NCBI GenBank assembly: GCA_948806215.1
Contig: CAQIDI010000002.1
Coordinates: 93,602 to 157,601 of the forward strand
Origin: an uncultured Eubacteriales bacterium
GTDB lineage: Bacteria; Bacillota; Clostridia; Christensenellales; UBA1242
Reading direction: 5' to 3'
Length of the DNA: 64,000 nucleotides
Notes under the pieces: generated by a model
Seen by the model: only the letters and a program-made list of their open reading frames with translations
Told to the model about the DNA's origin: nothing
The model's database searches: none
In this document: positions 1 to 9,485 of the stretch, in pieces
Layout of the letters: each line of letters begins with the position of its first letter
Position numbering within the stretch: position 1 is the first letter of the stretch
Program-made: the position numbers and the translations under genes

Positions 1-1
1 T

Positions 2-133
2 TTAAAAGATAACTGTTATCATAGTGAAATAAAACCAATTATGCACTGCGTTATGTGTGGAAAAACATTATGCGATGAAGATGATAATTATAATGATATT
101 TGTGTGTGCAACAGGTGCAAAGACATTTTATAA
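2..133 (+). CDS. 3' end of a CDS entering from upstream; Cys-rich zinc-ribbon-like C-terminus
   Basis: Frame is open from the window edge to TAA at 131-133. Translation is ...HCVMCGKTLCDEDDNYNDICVCNRCKDIL, with two CxxC pairs. Confidence 0.3.
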   Translation, partial: LKDNCYHSEIKPIMHCVMCGKTLCDEDDNYNDICVCNRCKDIL

Positions 134-167
134 TAATAAAAAATAAGCTAGTTAAAACTTATTTTAA

Positions 168-659
168 TTATAATTGCTTTTGATAATACAAAACTAAAGC
201 ATTATCTTCCTGTAAGTCCACTTCGTAACACACAAAATTTGTGTATCCCCAATGAAGGTATATAGAAAGATTTCTGCTTTCTAACGCTTCAACTCCAATG
301 GTTAAAAACTTTATTCCAATTTGTTTGCAATACTGTTCTGCAAATTTAACAAGTTTTGAAATGTAACCTTTGCCTTCAAACTTTTTTTCTATTCTTAATG
401 CATTTAGGTTTGCAATGGTTTTGCCATTGCAAAGGTTGGGTTTGTTTAACACTGCTTTGCATTTAGGTGATAGTAAAACAGTTAACTCTCCAACTGGAAC
501 ATTATTATTAACGCAAACAAAAGTTATTGCCTCGCCATTTTTATTATAACTTATAAACTGCTCTTTCCATTTAACCCATCTTAAATCGGTAGGGTTATTT
601 TTTATGTTTTTGTTCCATATTAAATCTAAATCGGATAATGTTGCAATTCTGTATTCCAT
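168..659 (-). CDS. GNAT-family N-acetyltransferase
   Basis: 163-aa ORF. The acetyl-CoA binding-type segment LRIEKKFEGKGYISKLVKFAEQYC is typical of the GNAT core. Confidence 0.7.
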   Translation of the reverse strand: MEYRIATLSDLDLIWNKNIKNNPTDLRWVKWKEQFISYNKNGEAITFVCVNNNVPVGELTVLLSPKCKAVLNKPNLCNGKTIANLNALRIEKKFEGKGYISKLVKFAEQYCKQIGIKFLTIGVEALESRNLSIYLHWGYTNFVCYEVDLQEDNALVLYYQKQL

Positions 660-662
660 ATT

Positions 663-1742
663 CTACCTTGCATAGTGATTTAATTTATTAACTGCATCTC
701 TTAGCATCGCCGATTGTTCGTATGCCAAAGTCTGTTCTAAAACTTCGTAAACAGGTTTAAAACTAAAAATAGAATTTTTTAAAACCTTATTAAACATACT
801 AGGCGACCCCATAATGTTTATTTGAAATGCTTGGCTTGAGCCACCTTGCGTTCCAGCTAATCGCTCGCCATTATATAATTGCAAAAACCTTAGCTCCGCA
901 ATAACTGGTTTGTTATCGGTTTTAATTGTTATTATAGCTGGCTCATTTAAATTGTTTTCTAGTGTTGCATCAATTCCAGCTTTTTTCTTTAAAGCTCTTA
1001 ACACCGCAGTTATTGGAGATTCGTATTTTTCTATTTCGTCACCAATTAATCCCAAATAATTAGGAAAATCCGGTTTGTTTTCTGGGCGAACGCCACACAA
1101 AACATAGGTTCTAAGATATGGCACTTTTGATTTTGGTACAATACGTTCTTGCATTGTAAAAATTAAATCCACTGTTTGACGACCTTTTAAAAAGCTACGA
1201 CCTGTATCTTCAAACGCACTTCTAATTCCATTTAACCCATCAACATCGCCAAGCAACATTAATGTTCCAAAAGCAGCAACATCGGCGAATTTTTTAAAAT
1301 CGCCATTAGCAACTGCTCGCCTAAGATCAGTTGCGTGATATGGCATACGGCTATCCTCTTCTGGGTTAACAAAAGTGAACGGAAGCTTTATATTTTTATC
1401 TTTTAACACATCTAAAATTTCTTCTTTGTTGCCAGTTACAAAATGGGTTACATTATATATGTTACAAATTTCTAAAACATCGTTTAGCCAACCTTCAAAA
1501 TCGGAATAATCTTGAATGTAAACCACTGTTATTTTAGAAACATCTCCGCCCTTTTGTGCAACGCTAAGCAACAACATTTTTTCGCGGAAAACTGCAAGCA
1601 AAGGGTGCCTTTGAGAGCCTGCTTCGTAACAACTACCTAAGCCTATTATTACCTTATCGTATTCGCTTAACAATTTCATTACAGCAGCAATATGCCCTTT
1701 ATGAGCTGGAGCGAATCTGCCAATAAATAAAGCTGTTGTCAT
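663..1742 (-). CDS. NadM-type nicotinamide-nucleotide adenylyltransferase fused to a degenerate Nudix-like domain
   Basis: N-terminal FIGRFAPAHKGH matches the (H/T)xGH nucleotidyltransferase motif. The C-terminus keeps the Nudix-box spacing (ESPITAVLRALKKKAGI), but the REx2EE glutamates are replaced by A/KK. Confidence 0.65.
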   Translation of the reverse strand: MTTALFIGRFAPAHKGHIAAVMKLLSEYDKVIIGLGSCYEAGSQRHPLLAVFREKMLLLSVAQKGGDVSKITVVYIQDYSDFEGWLNDVLEICNIYNVTHFVTGNKEEILDVLKDKNIKLPFTFVNPEEDSRMPYHATDLRRAVANGDFKKFADVAAFGTLMLLGDVDGLNGIRSAFEDTGRSFLKGRQTVDLIFTMQERIVPKSKVPYLRTYVLCGVRPENKPDFPNYLGLIGDEIEKYESPITAVLRALKKKAGIDATLENNLNEPAIITIKTDNKPVIAELRFLQLYNGERLAGTQGGSSQAFQINIMGSPSMFNKVLKNSIFSFKPVYEVLEQTLAYEQSAMLRDAVNKLNHYAR

Positions 1743-1790
1743 ATGTATCTCCTAATAAACCTTTATCTATTATTATTTTATCAGTTTTAT

Positions 1791-1817
1791 ATAAAAAAAG
1801 GCTAGTAAACTAGCCTT
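1791..1817 (-). terminator. Rho-independent terminator after pyrG
   Basis: Hairpin AAGGCTAG-taaa-CTAGCCTT (1798-1817), followed by a T-run on the minus strand (A-run at 1793-1799 on the plus strand). Confidence 0.7.
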
Positions 1818-1822
1818 AATAA

Positions 1823-3421
1823 TTAATTTTTACAAGCATTAATAAACTCTAAAAATAATGGATGGGGGTTATCTGGGTGGCTTTTAAATTCCGGATGAAA
1901 TTGAACCGCCACATAAAACTTATTTTTAGGTATTTCCACAATTTCAACTAAGTTTCGTTTTTCGTTAACACCTGCAACCACCATTCCGCATTCTTCAAAG
2001 TTAGTTCTAAACTTATTGTTAAATTCGTAACGATGCCTATGTCGTTCCGATATTTTTTTCTTTCCATATGCTTTAAAAGAAACTGTGTTTGGTGTTAAAG
2101 AACAAGGATATGCACCAAGCCTCATTGTTCCGCCTTTTTCTAATATGCTCTTTTGGTCGTCCATAATATCAATAACATAGTGCTTAGATTTTATATCAAA
2201 TTCAGAAGAAGTTGCATCCTCCCAACCAATAACATTTCTTGCAAACTCAATAACTGCAATTTGCATTCCTAAACACAACCCTAAATAAGGAATGTTATTA
2301 ACTCTGGCATAGTTTGCCGCCATAATTTTTCCTTCTGTTCCTCTTGTTCCAAATCCGCCCGGAACAACAATTCCACTAAGGTTGCTAAGCATTTGTTGTG
2401 TGCCATAGGTTTCAATATCTACCGAACTAATTAACTTAACTTTAACATCGACATCGTTATTATAGCCTGCGTGCTTTAATGCTTCAGTAACCGAAATATA
2501 AGCATCTGCCACTTCGATATATTTTCCTATAACACCAACTGTTATTTGTTTTTTAGGTTTGATTATTTTTTTAACTAATTTTTTCCATTCGGTCATATTA
2601 GCCGCTTTGCTTTTTAGTTTTAGTTGCTTACAAACTATTTTATCAAGCCCTTCGCTTTGAAGCATTAATGGCACTTCGTAAAGGCATTTAGCATCGGAAT
2701 TTTGAATAACATATTCTGGACCTTTTAAGTTGCAAAACATTGCAAGTTTTTGTTTCATTTCGTTATCAACTTCAATATTTGCATTAGTTCGACAAACTAA
2801 AATATCTGGTTGTATGCCCAACCTAGTTAATTCTTTAACACTGTTTTGTGCTGGTTTTGTTTTAACTTCTTTTGCTGCTTCTAGGTAAGGCAAAAGTGCA
2901 CAATGCAAAAACAACAAATTATTTTGTCCTAGTTCCATTCTAAGTTGTCGAACGGCTTCTAAAAAAGCAAGCCCTTCCATATCGCCAACTGTGCCACCAA
3001 TTTCCACAATAACAACATCTATGTTATTGTTTTCAACACTTTTAATTTTTTCTTTAATTTCGTTGGTAACGTGTGGAACAAACTGTATAGTTTTTCCTAA
3101 GTACTTACCTTCACGTTCTTTTGCTATTATACTGCTATAAATTTTTCCGCTTGTGAAATTGCAGTTTTTTTCACAGGTTATATTTAAAAATCTTTCGTAA
3201 TGTCCAATATCTAAATCGGTTTCGGTGCCATCGTCGGTAACAAAAACTTCGCCGTGTTGATAAGGGCTCATAGTTCCTGGGTCCACATTTATATATGGAT
3301 CCAATTTTTGAACAGCCACTTTAAATCCTCTATTTATTAATAGCCTACCAAGCGATGCTGCTGTTATTCCTTTACCAAGGCTAGAAGCAACTCCACCCGT
3401 AACAATAATAAATTTGCTCAT
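1823..3421 (-). CDS. pyrG: CTP synthase
   Basis: MSKFIIVTGGVASSLGKG N-terminus and a glutamine amidotransferase C-terminus (GLCLGMQ, HRHRYE). Start set at the ATG at 3421, preceded by GGAG; the longer ORF to 3514 overlaps the upstream gene. Confidence 0.95.
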   Translation of the reverse strand: MSKFIIVTGGVASSLGKGITAASLGRLLINRGFKVAVQKLDPYINVDPGTMSPYQHGEVFVTDDGTETDLDIGHYERFLNITCEKNCNFTSGKIYSSIIAKEREGKYLGKTIQFVPHVTNEIKEKIKSVENNNIDVVIVEIGGTVGDMEGLAFLEAVRQLRMELGQNNLLFLHCALLPYLEAAKEVKTKPAQNSVKELTRLGIQPDILVCRTNANIEVDNEMKQKLAMFCNLKGPEYVIQNSDAKCLYEVPLMLQSEGLDKIVCKQLKLKSKAANMTEWKKLVKKIIKPKKQITVGVIGKYIEVADAYISVTEALKHAGYNNDVDVKVKLISSVDIETYGTQQMLSNLSGIVVPGGFGTRGTEGKIMAANYARVNNIPYLGLCLGMQIAVIEFARNVIGWEDATSSEFDIKSKHYVIDIMDDQKSILEKGGTMRLGAYPCSLTPNTVSFKAYGKKKISERHRHRYEFNNKFRTNFEECGMVVAGVNEKRNLVEIVEIPKNKFYVAVQFHPEFKSHPDNPHPLFLEFINACKN

Positions 3422-3446
3422 AGTTTTTCTCCTTGCACCATAAAAA

Positions 3447-3917
3447 TTAATTTTCCAAGAAACGAATTTCGTTATAAACTTTTTCTGCTTGCTCCTTAGT
3501 TCCTTCAACTGCAACTATAAAAGCTTTGCGTGGAAATTCGTAATCGTCCAATTCTAATTTTACTCTGCCTTTTTTAAAAACTACTCTAGTTCTAATTAAT
3601 GTGTTATCTCGTTTATATCCCAAAAAATCTAACATCGATTTTATTGCCTTTTCATCATCAAAATTAATAGGCAAACTTTCTTTTCGTTCGTGTAGCACAC
3701 TGGTGGATAAAACACTCTCTTTAAATTCAAGTTCTTTAATTGCCTTTCCATTTTTTTCGATAATAGTAACACGAGCCATTGTGCTGTTTGGGTGCCTATA
3801 AATTATGCGTTGTTGTTTATTAGAACTAACTAGTTCGTAGCCATTATTTCCGCAATATTCAATATAGGGTATTAAATTTTTAACTTCAAAACTATATTCG
3901 TTTTCTTTCATAAACAA
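3447..3917 (-). CDS. CYTH-like domain protein (CyaB/thiamine-triphosphatase fold)
   Basis: 156 aa. An N-terminal FEVK strand and C-terminal KLELDDYEF..FIVAVEG resemble CYTH signatures, but the ExExK motif is not fully canonical. Confidence 0.45.
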   Translation of the reverse strand: MFMKENEYSFEVKNLIPYIEYCGNNGYELVSSNKQQRIIYRHPNSTMARVTIIEKNGKAIKELEFKESVLSTSVLHERKESLPINFDDEKAIKSMLDFLGYKRDNTLIRTRVVFKKGRVKLELDDYEFPRKAFIVAVEGTKEQAEKVYNEIRFLEN

Positions 3918-3990
3918 TTTTCCTTAACTTAAGTATAGCACAATAAAATATTAGTGCCCAACAAAATTAAATTTTGATTTAAAATTTTTT

Positions 3991-4024
3991 AAAAAAAGTT
4001 ACCGCTAAACGGTAACCTTTTTTA
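3991..4024. terminator. Bidirectional-looking hairpin terminator
   Basis: GTTACCG-ctaaa-CGGTAAC (3998-4016), with an A-run before and a T-run after. Lies downstream of the 4037-4648 gene. Confidence 0.65.
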
Positions 4025-4036
4025 TTCTTATTTTAT

Positions 4037-4648
4037 TTATAAGTTTATATTAATACCAAACTCTTTTAGTTTGTTTGCAAAATCTTTAAAGCTATCAATT
4101 CTTTTAACATTAGGTGAACTTTGCAATGTTTTATTATAATCAGTACTCATTAAAAATGCAGTGCATTTAAAATTTTTATTGTTAAAATGTTCTGCCACAT
4201 TTCCAGTTATTTTAATATCATCATCAATAAAAACATTAGCGTGTTCTTGTTCGCAAATTTTTTCTTTATCGTTTCTGCCAATATAAATTTTATTATATTT
4301 TAAGTTGTTGTTTTCTAACCACTTATAAGTTACTTCTTCTGGGTTGGTGTGCCAATCGTTTGCACGCGCAGTTGATATTATAATTTTATGCCCCATATCG
4401 TAAAGTGCGTTAATTAATTTTATTGCATTTGGTTTTGCCGGAAACTCCAACATCATTTGGTCGCCATATTGTTTATACCAATTTAATGCAGTTTCTAAAT
4501 CCCAATCAAACTTTTTTTCTGCAAACCTAACAACTTTTGCAACTTGTTTAAATGGCAGTTTATTATCTTTTATAAACTTATTTATGTAATATTCGCTATA
4601 GGCATCGGTATCACAAATTGTATCGTCTAAATCAAAAACAAAAACCAC
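4037..4648 (-). CDS. HAD-superfamily hydrolase, putative nucleotidase
   Basis: N-terminal FVFDLDDTICD matches the DxDxT HAD motif I; a later FIDDD matches motif IV. Confidence 0.65.
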   Translation of the reverse strand: MVFVFDLDDTICDTDAYSEYYINKFIKDNKLPFKQVAKVVRFAEKKFDWDLETALNWYKQYGDQMMLEFPAKPNAIKLINALYDMGHKIIISTARANDWHTNPEEVTYKWLENNNLKYNKIYIGRNDKEKICEQEHANVFIDDDIKITGNVAEHFNNKNFKCTAFLMSTDYNKTLQSSPNVKRIDSFKDFANKLKEFGININL

Positions 4649-4649
4649 A

Positions 4650-5015
4650 CTACACTTCCTTTACAAAACGCCATTGTTTAAAATAGGTTAACTTTCCTTT
4701 AGCATTTAATTTTATTTCAAAAACTCCGTCAATTAGTTGAGTTACATTAGTTTTAACCATAGTACGTTTCATTTTAAAATGATAAATACAGCTGTTATCG
4801 TCTTCAAACAAAATTTTGCCACTGTAGGAAATATCTTTTTGGTTTTCTTTAACAACCGCCCATAGTGGTTTAACTTGCTCTAATGTTAAACAAGGTTCAT
4901 CAATCGGGTTTTCGTAATACTTTAACTTGCTTGCCATAAGTTCGCAAGTTTTTTCGCCTTCTAAATTTTTCCAACTATCCATAAACAATTTTAAAAATGT
5001 TTTATAATCTTTCAT
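4650..5015 (-). CDS. Hypothetical protein, possibly NTF2/SnoaL-like fold
   Basis: 121-aa ORF packed 1 nt from its neighbour. The fold assignment rests only on size and pattern impression. Confidence 0.3.
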   Translation of the reverse strand: MKDYKTFLKLFMDSWKNLEGEKTCELMASKLKYYENPIDEPCLTLEQVKPLWAVVKENQKDISYSGKILFEDDNSCIYHFKMKRTMVKTNVTQLIDGVFEIKLNAKGKLTYFKQWRFVKEV

Positions 5016-5029
5016 ACCATTACCCCTAC

Positions 5030-5443
5030 TTAAAATTTAACATCTTCGGTTTTTAAATCTTTATAAAATCTTGTGTTTTCTATTGTGAATTTTAACACGC
5101 AATAATCTGGATCGGTTTTACCGTTTTTATAAAAAATACTATCGCCCAATTTCCAAATCTCATTTTTAATTTCTTGATTGGTTAACACTTCCATTTTTCC
5201 TATTAACGCAATTCCTGTGTAACTAATCAAACCCTTTTTATAAAAATAAACGCACGCTTTTGGACAGTTATTATATTCGGTAACTTTATTAGAAGAAAGA
5301 TTTGTGGAAAAATAAAGTTCGTTGCGTTCAATTTTTCTTGGGCGTAGCATTGCCCTAATAACAGGATAGCCGTGTTCGTTAATTGATGAAATTATTGCAA
5401 CCTTTTGTTTTTTTATAAGTTTTATTATATCTTCTTTTGTCAT
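5030..5443 (-). CDS. Pyridoxamine 5'-phosphate oxidase-like FMN-binding protein
   Basis: 137 aa. The pattern VAIISSINEHGYPVIRAMLRP...LYFSTNLSSNKV is typical of the PNPOx/general stress protein 26 family. AGGTGG SD lies upstream. Confidence 0.6.
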   Translation of the reverse strand: MTKEDIIKLIKKQKVAIISSINEHGYPVIRAMLRPRKIERNELYFSTNLSSNKVTEYNNCPKACVYFYKKGLISYTGIALIGKMEVLTNQEIKNEIWKLGDSIFYKNGKTDPDYCVLKFTIENTRFYKDLKTEDVKF

Positions 5444-5655
5444 TTTATTACCACCTATTTTAATTTTATAAAAGTTACTGTTTTATTTTTTTAAATATTT
5501 TATCAACATTAAAACCAATTAATTGTTTTTTTATATGTTTAAAACCAATGTCCAACATTAACACCAGTTATTTTTTTATTTCGTTTAAAGTTAAAACTAG
5601 ACTTTCTAAATTTTTACTACCGACATATTGCCATAATTTTTGATATTTAATAATA

Positions 5656-6459
5656 TTAACTTTTTAAATCTAACATAACCGGTAAGTGATCACTATAATC
5701 TAGTTCTAAAATATCGCAGTTATTTATGTTTTGTTTTTCGCTAGCACTTAGCAATGCATAATCTATGCGATATTTCCAACTGTTGTAGCTATTATCTTGC
5801 CTAGAGCGATAACTTCGCCAAGAATATTTAACAGTTTCTGGATTATAATATCTAAAACAATCAACCAAATTTAGTTTTAACAAGTTGTTAAACGCTTCTC
5901 GCTCGATTGGTAAAAACACCGATTTTGTTTTACATTCTTTAGGGTTAGTTAAATCTATTTCGGTGTGAGCTATGTTAAAATCGCCCACACAAACAACTTT
6001 ATATTGTTCGCCTAGCACTTTTAAGTACTTAGTTAACGCACTTAAATACTGCATTTTAAATTCCAGCCTACTATTTCCGTTTGGGATATAGGCATCAACT
6101 ATAGCAAGATTTCCTAAAATTATGGTTGTTGTTCTGCCTTCGTTATCTTGCCAAAATTCGCTCATATTAAACATAACCTTATCGGGTTTGTGTTTTGTTA
6201 ATATAAGTGTTCCCGCATAACCTGCAATTTCTCCGCAATTATAAATTGGGAAATAATCTTTTAAAATATTGTTATTATCTTCTTCGCCAAACAAACTAAG
6301 CTGGCTAGTTTTAGGATACAAAATTTCTTTAGTTACATTTTCGTTTGCTCTAACTTCTTGAAAACAATAAACATCTGCATCAAAATTTTTTATCCATTCT
6401 ATTAAGCCTAGTTTTGCACTGGCTCTAATTCCGTTTATGTTATAAGATACTATTTTCAT
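5656..6459 (-). CDS. xth: Exodeoxyribonuclease III
   Basis: MKIVSYNINGIRA, CFQEVRA and C-terminal SDHLPVMLDL are hallmarks of the ExoIII/APE1 family. Confidence 0.9.
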   Translation of the reverse strand: MKIVSYNINGIRASAKLGLIEWIKNFDADVYCFQEVRANENVTKEILYPKTSQLSLFGEEDNNNILKDYFPIYNCGEIAGYAGTLILTKHKPDKVMFNMSEFWQDNEGRTTTIILGNLAIVDAYIPNGNSRLEFKMQYLSALTKYLKVLGEQYKVVCVGDFNIAHTEIDLTNPKECKTKSVFLPIEREAFNNLLKLNLVDCFRYYNPETVKYSWRSYRSRQDNSYNSWKYRIDYALLSASEKQNINNCDILELDYSDHLPVMLDLKS

Positions 6460-6599
6460 ACTATTATTTTATAATATAAACAATATTTAATCAACTTTTA
6501 AGTTTATTTAATATCAATTAAACATTTTATAATTAAAATAAAAATGTTGTTTCAATAATTTTTTTGTGATAAAATTTTTTTGAACTGAGGAGAAAAACT

Positions 6600-8000
6600 A
6601 TGGCTTTTAAATACGACATAAATTCAGCTAAAAAAGATAAAGTTTCAAGCGTTTGTTTGTTAACAACACACTCTATTTCAGAAATTATTAATATGCTGGT
6701 TTCAACATTCTTGGTTGGACATATTTATGGCTTTTGCAATAATAATGCCTACACCTATATTTTTAATGTTGGCGTTTATTATTTAACATTATATATTGTT
6801 AGTATTGTTGTGCACTTAATACTAGGCCCATTAGTTGATAAAACAAACAGAGTTTGGTTATATCGAATAAGTTTACTAATGCGAGCAGGTTTAATTGTTG
6901 TGTGTGTTTTCTTAGGAAACAACCTAGCCCAAATGTTGGTTTTAGCCGGAATTTTAAGTGGTATTTCAGAAGGCTTTTATTATGCTGCTTACAACACAAT
7001 GAAGCAAGAAATGGTTAGCAGAACTTCGATTGGCAAATATGTTACACTAAGTATGGTTCTACAAAAATTTGTTTATATTGTTTTCCCAATAACAATGGGT
7101 GCATTAATTGATATTTCTTCTTACTCCACTGTTGCAATTTATGTTTTAGTTATTGCAATAATTCAAATTGGAATTTCGTTTGGAATAAAATCACGAAAAC
7201 CAGAAGGTAGCCATTTTGATTTAAAGGGTTACTTTGTAAAATTAAAAGAGAACCCAGAAATAGGCAAAAAAATGAAAATGCTTTATATTGCTGCAATTCC
7301 TTATGGGCTTGGAACAATTGTTGGCGTTTTGTTAAATGTTTCTATTATGTTACAATTTGAAAAAAGCTTTGACCTTGGTTGGTTAACAACTGTGTTCTCG
7401 ATAGTTTCTGCTTTGTTTATTATAGTTATTAATAAACTAACAAAAAAAGGCGAACGCAGTTGGTTGTTTGTTGTAACTGGAATTTTGCCACTGATAGGCT
7501 CAATTTCATTTAGTGTTTATCCGGGAATTATAACAATTATTATTTATAACATTTGTAATGCTATAAGCAATATAACCTATAAAACCGTTTACGATATTTA
7601 CCGCAATGGCAACTTAAAAGAAGCCGGATTATATAGTGAAATTCAAGAACACCAAACTTTTACCGAGGTTGTGTTTAACGGAATGAGAGTTATTGCTTTT
7701 GCTTTAATGCTAATTTCGGGATTAGTAAAAAATATAATATTCTTTAAAGTTTTCCTATGCATTTGTTCTTTAACCTACACATTTACTTTAATTGCTCTTA
7801 TGATTTACGAAAAAAAGTTTCCGCCTGCAAAACTTGAATTGCAAGCAGAAACAGCTTTAAAAAAACCAATTTTAGCAGTTGACGATAAAAACATTTTAGA
7901 ACAAGTTGAAAACATAAAAAGCCAAGAAGTTAACGAATTACCAACAGAAAATTTAAAGAAAAAACCTAGCAAAAAAGAAGGCGAAAAAAACAATAAATAA
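6600..8000 (+). CDS. MFS-type transporter with a Lys/Glu-rich C-terminal tail
   Basis: 466 aa with about 12 hydrophobic segments. GAGGAG SD lies upstream. Confidence 0.6.
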   Translation: MAFKYDINSAKKDKVSSVCLLTTHSISEIINMLVSTFLVGHIYGFCNNNAYTYIFNVGVYYLTLYIVSIVVHLILGPLVDKTNRVWLYRISLLMRAGLIVVCVFLGNNLAQMLVLAGILSGISEGFYYAAYNTMKQEMVSRTSIGKYVTLSMVLQKFVYIVFPITMGALIDISSYSTVAIYVLVIAIIQIGISFGIKSRKPEGSHFDLKGYFVKLKENPEIGKKMKMLYIAAIPYGLGTIVGVLLNVSIMLQFEKSFDLGWLTTVFSIVSALFIIVINKLTKKGERSWLFVVTGILPLIGSISFSVYPGIITIIIYNICNAISNITYKTVYDIYRNGNLKEAGLYSEIQEHQTFTEVVFNGMRVIAFALMLISGLVKNIIFFKVFLCICSLTYTFTLIALMIYEKKFPPAKLELQAETALKKPILAVDDKNILEQVENIKSQEVNELPTENLKKKPSKKEGEKNNK

Positions 8001-8011
8001 TTATGCCAAAT

Positions 8012-8044
8012 AAAAAATCGAACTAGTTTAGTTCGATTTTTTTG
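8012..8044. terminator. Bidirectional terminator between convergent genes
   Basis: ATCGAACTA-gtt-TAGTTCGAT, flanked by an A-run and a T-run. Confidence 0.75.
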
Positions 8045-8090
8045 TTATTATTCTTTTATTCCTTTAGGAATTGAAACATTAACTAAACTA

Positions 8091-8930
8091 TTATTCAACA
8101 ACAATATAGTTGTTTTTTCCTAAATCATAATATTCAATAATCTCGCCTTTTTCGTATTGTGTTTGGCTAAGTAAAGTAAAACTTTTATTTTCTTTTTCGT
8201 TATAAATCATAACATTATATAACACACCCTTTTTACTTTTGCTATGATAATAAGAATATTTAACAATGGCAGATTTTAACTCTAAGTTCTTAGGCAATTC
8301 CTTTTTGTTAATAGCACTTTTCCTAACACTTTTTATGCCATTTTTAAAATAATTTTTATTTGCGGTTTTTGTAATAATTAAATTAACAACTAAAAGTGTT
8401 AAAAACAATCCTACGCTAACACCTAAAAGAATAAACCCAACAGGACCTATTCGCAATAACACAGTTCCTACAAAAAATATAATAAAACATAGGGCTAGCG
8501 TAATATAAATTCCGTAAACATAAATTTTATCTTTTAACGACGCAGATTTTAAAGCCGACCTAGCCGATTTAGAAAGACCAAAACAAGTTAACACAAGTTC
8601 GCCAACCGAATCGCATTCATCACTAACTAAAACTGCTTTTGCCATTTCTCTTTCTGCTTTATTAGATGCAGTTGCAACTTTTTTTAACAACTTTTCTTCA
8701 TCTTCTAAAGTTCGTTTTTCCTTATTATTTTGTTTCAATTCTTTATTTAAGTCTTTAACAAACATTACAAATGCTGTTATCACAGTAGCATAAGAGCCTA
8801 CCACCATAATAACAATGCCAGCAATTGTTAAACCATTAATTTTATAGGTGCTACCAAAAATTAAAAATGTTATAAAAATTGCCATTAAAATTAATATTAT
8901 CGATAAAAAAATCTTGTCTCTAAATTTCAA
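8091..8930 (-). CDS. Membrane protein of unknown function
   Basis: 279 aa: two N-terminal TM segments, a charged coiled segment, two more TM segments, and a soluble C-terminus of about 90 aa. Confidence 0.5.
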   Translation of the reverse strand: MKFRDKIFLSIILILMAIFITFLIFGSTYKINGLTIAGIVIMVVGSYATVITAFVMFVKDLNKELKQNNKEKRTLEDEEKLLKKVATASNKAEREMAKAVLVSDECDSVGELVLTCFGLSKSARSALKSASLKDKIYVYGIYITLALCFIIFFVGTVLLRIGPVGFILLGVSVGLFLTLLVVNLIITKTANKNYFKNGIKSVRKSAINKKELPKNLELKSAIVKYSYYHSKSKKGVLYNVMIYNEKENKSFTLLSQTQYEKGEIIEYYDLGKNNYIVVE

Positions 8931-8943
8931 ATTTATTCTCCTA

Positions 8944-9480
8944 TTAATTTTTTAAATTTAAAACAATGTTTTCCACAATTTCGGGCTTACCAAATTTAAG
9001 CACTTCAAACTCGCTGGTTGTTTTAAAACCAAAATCGTGAAACACTTTTAATGCACCAACTCTGGTTTTTGGAACTGTATCGGTTAAAGCATAAACTTTG
9101 GCAGTTTTTGCTTTTTTAATTAGTTGGTTTAGTGCCAATCGCATATAGCCACAACCCCTATATTCGTGTTTAATAACAATCCCCATTGTGGCAAGATTGG
9201 TTTTTTCGTCTTTATTAAAATTAACATATCCCACAAAGTTGTTTTTATCAACATCTAAAATGTATGCAAAATAAAAATTAGGATTTTTAAATTTTGTATT
9301 ATACCATTTTGCATAATCTTCTTTTTTAAATTCTATGCATCCAGTGTTATAGTTATAGCCTTGGTAGCTAACATTATAGCCTGCATTATATTCCATTGTT
9401 TTTTCATCGGATAAACACTGGGCTCTAAACCATAAATCTTTTAGTTTGGGTTTAACTAGTTTTATGTTATTCATTACCAT
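8944..9480 (-). CDS. GNAT-family N-acetyltransferase
   Basis: GIVIKHEYRGCGYMRLALNQLIKKAK matches the R/Q-x-x-G-x-G/A acetyl-CoA motif. Confidence 0.7.
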   Translation of the reverse strand: MVMNNIKLVKPKLKDLWFRAQCLSDEKTMEYNAGYNVSYQGYNYNTGCIEFKKEDYAKWYNTKFKNPNFYFAYILDVDKNNFVGYVNFNKDEKTNLATMGIVIKHEYRGCGYMRLALNQLIKKAKTAKVYALTDTVPKTRVGALKVFHDFGFKTTSEFEVLKFGKPEIVENIVLNLKN

Positions 9481-9485
9481 ACCTA

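Noticed and set aside
3422-3514. 31-codon N-terminal extension of the pyrG ORF in the six-frame track
   Set aside because: The conserved CTP synthase N-terminus (MSKFIIVTGGV) starts at the ATG at 3421, which has a GGAG SD. The extension would overlap the 3' end of the upstream CYTH-like gene.
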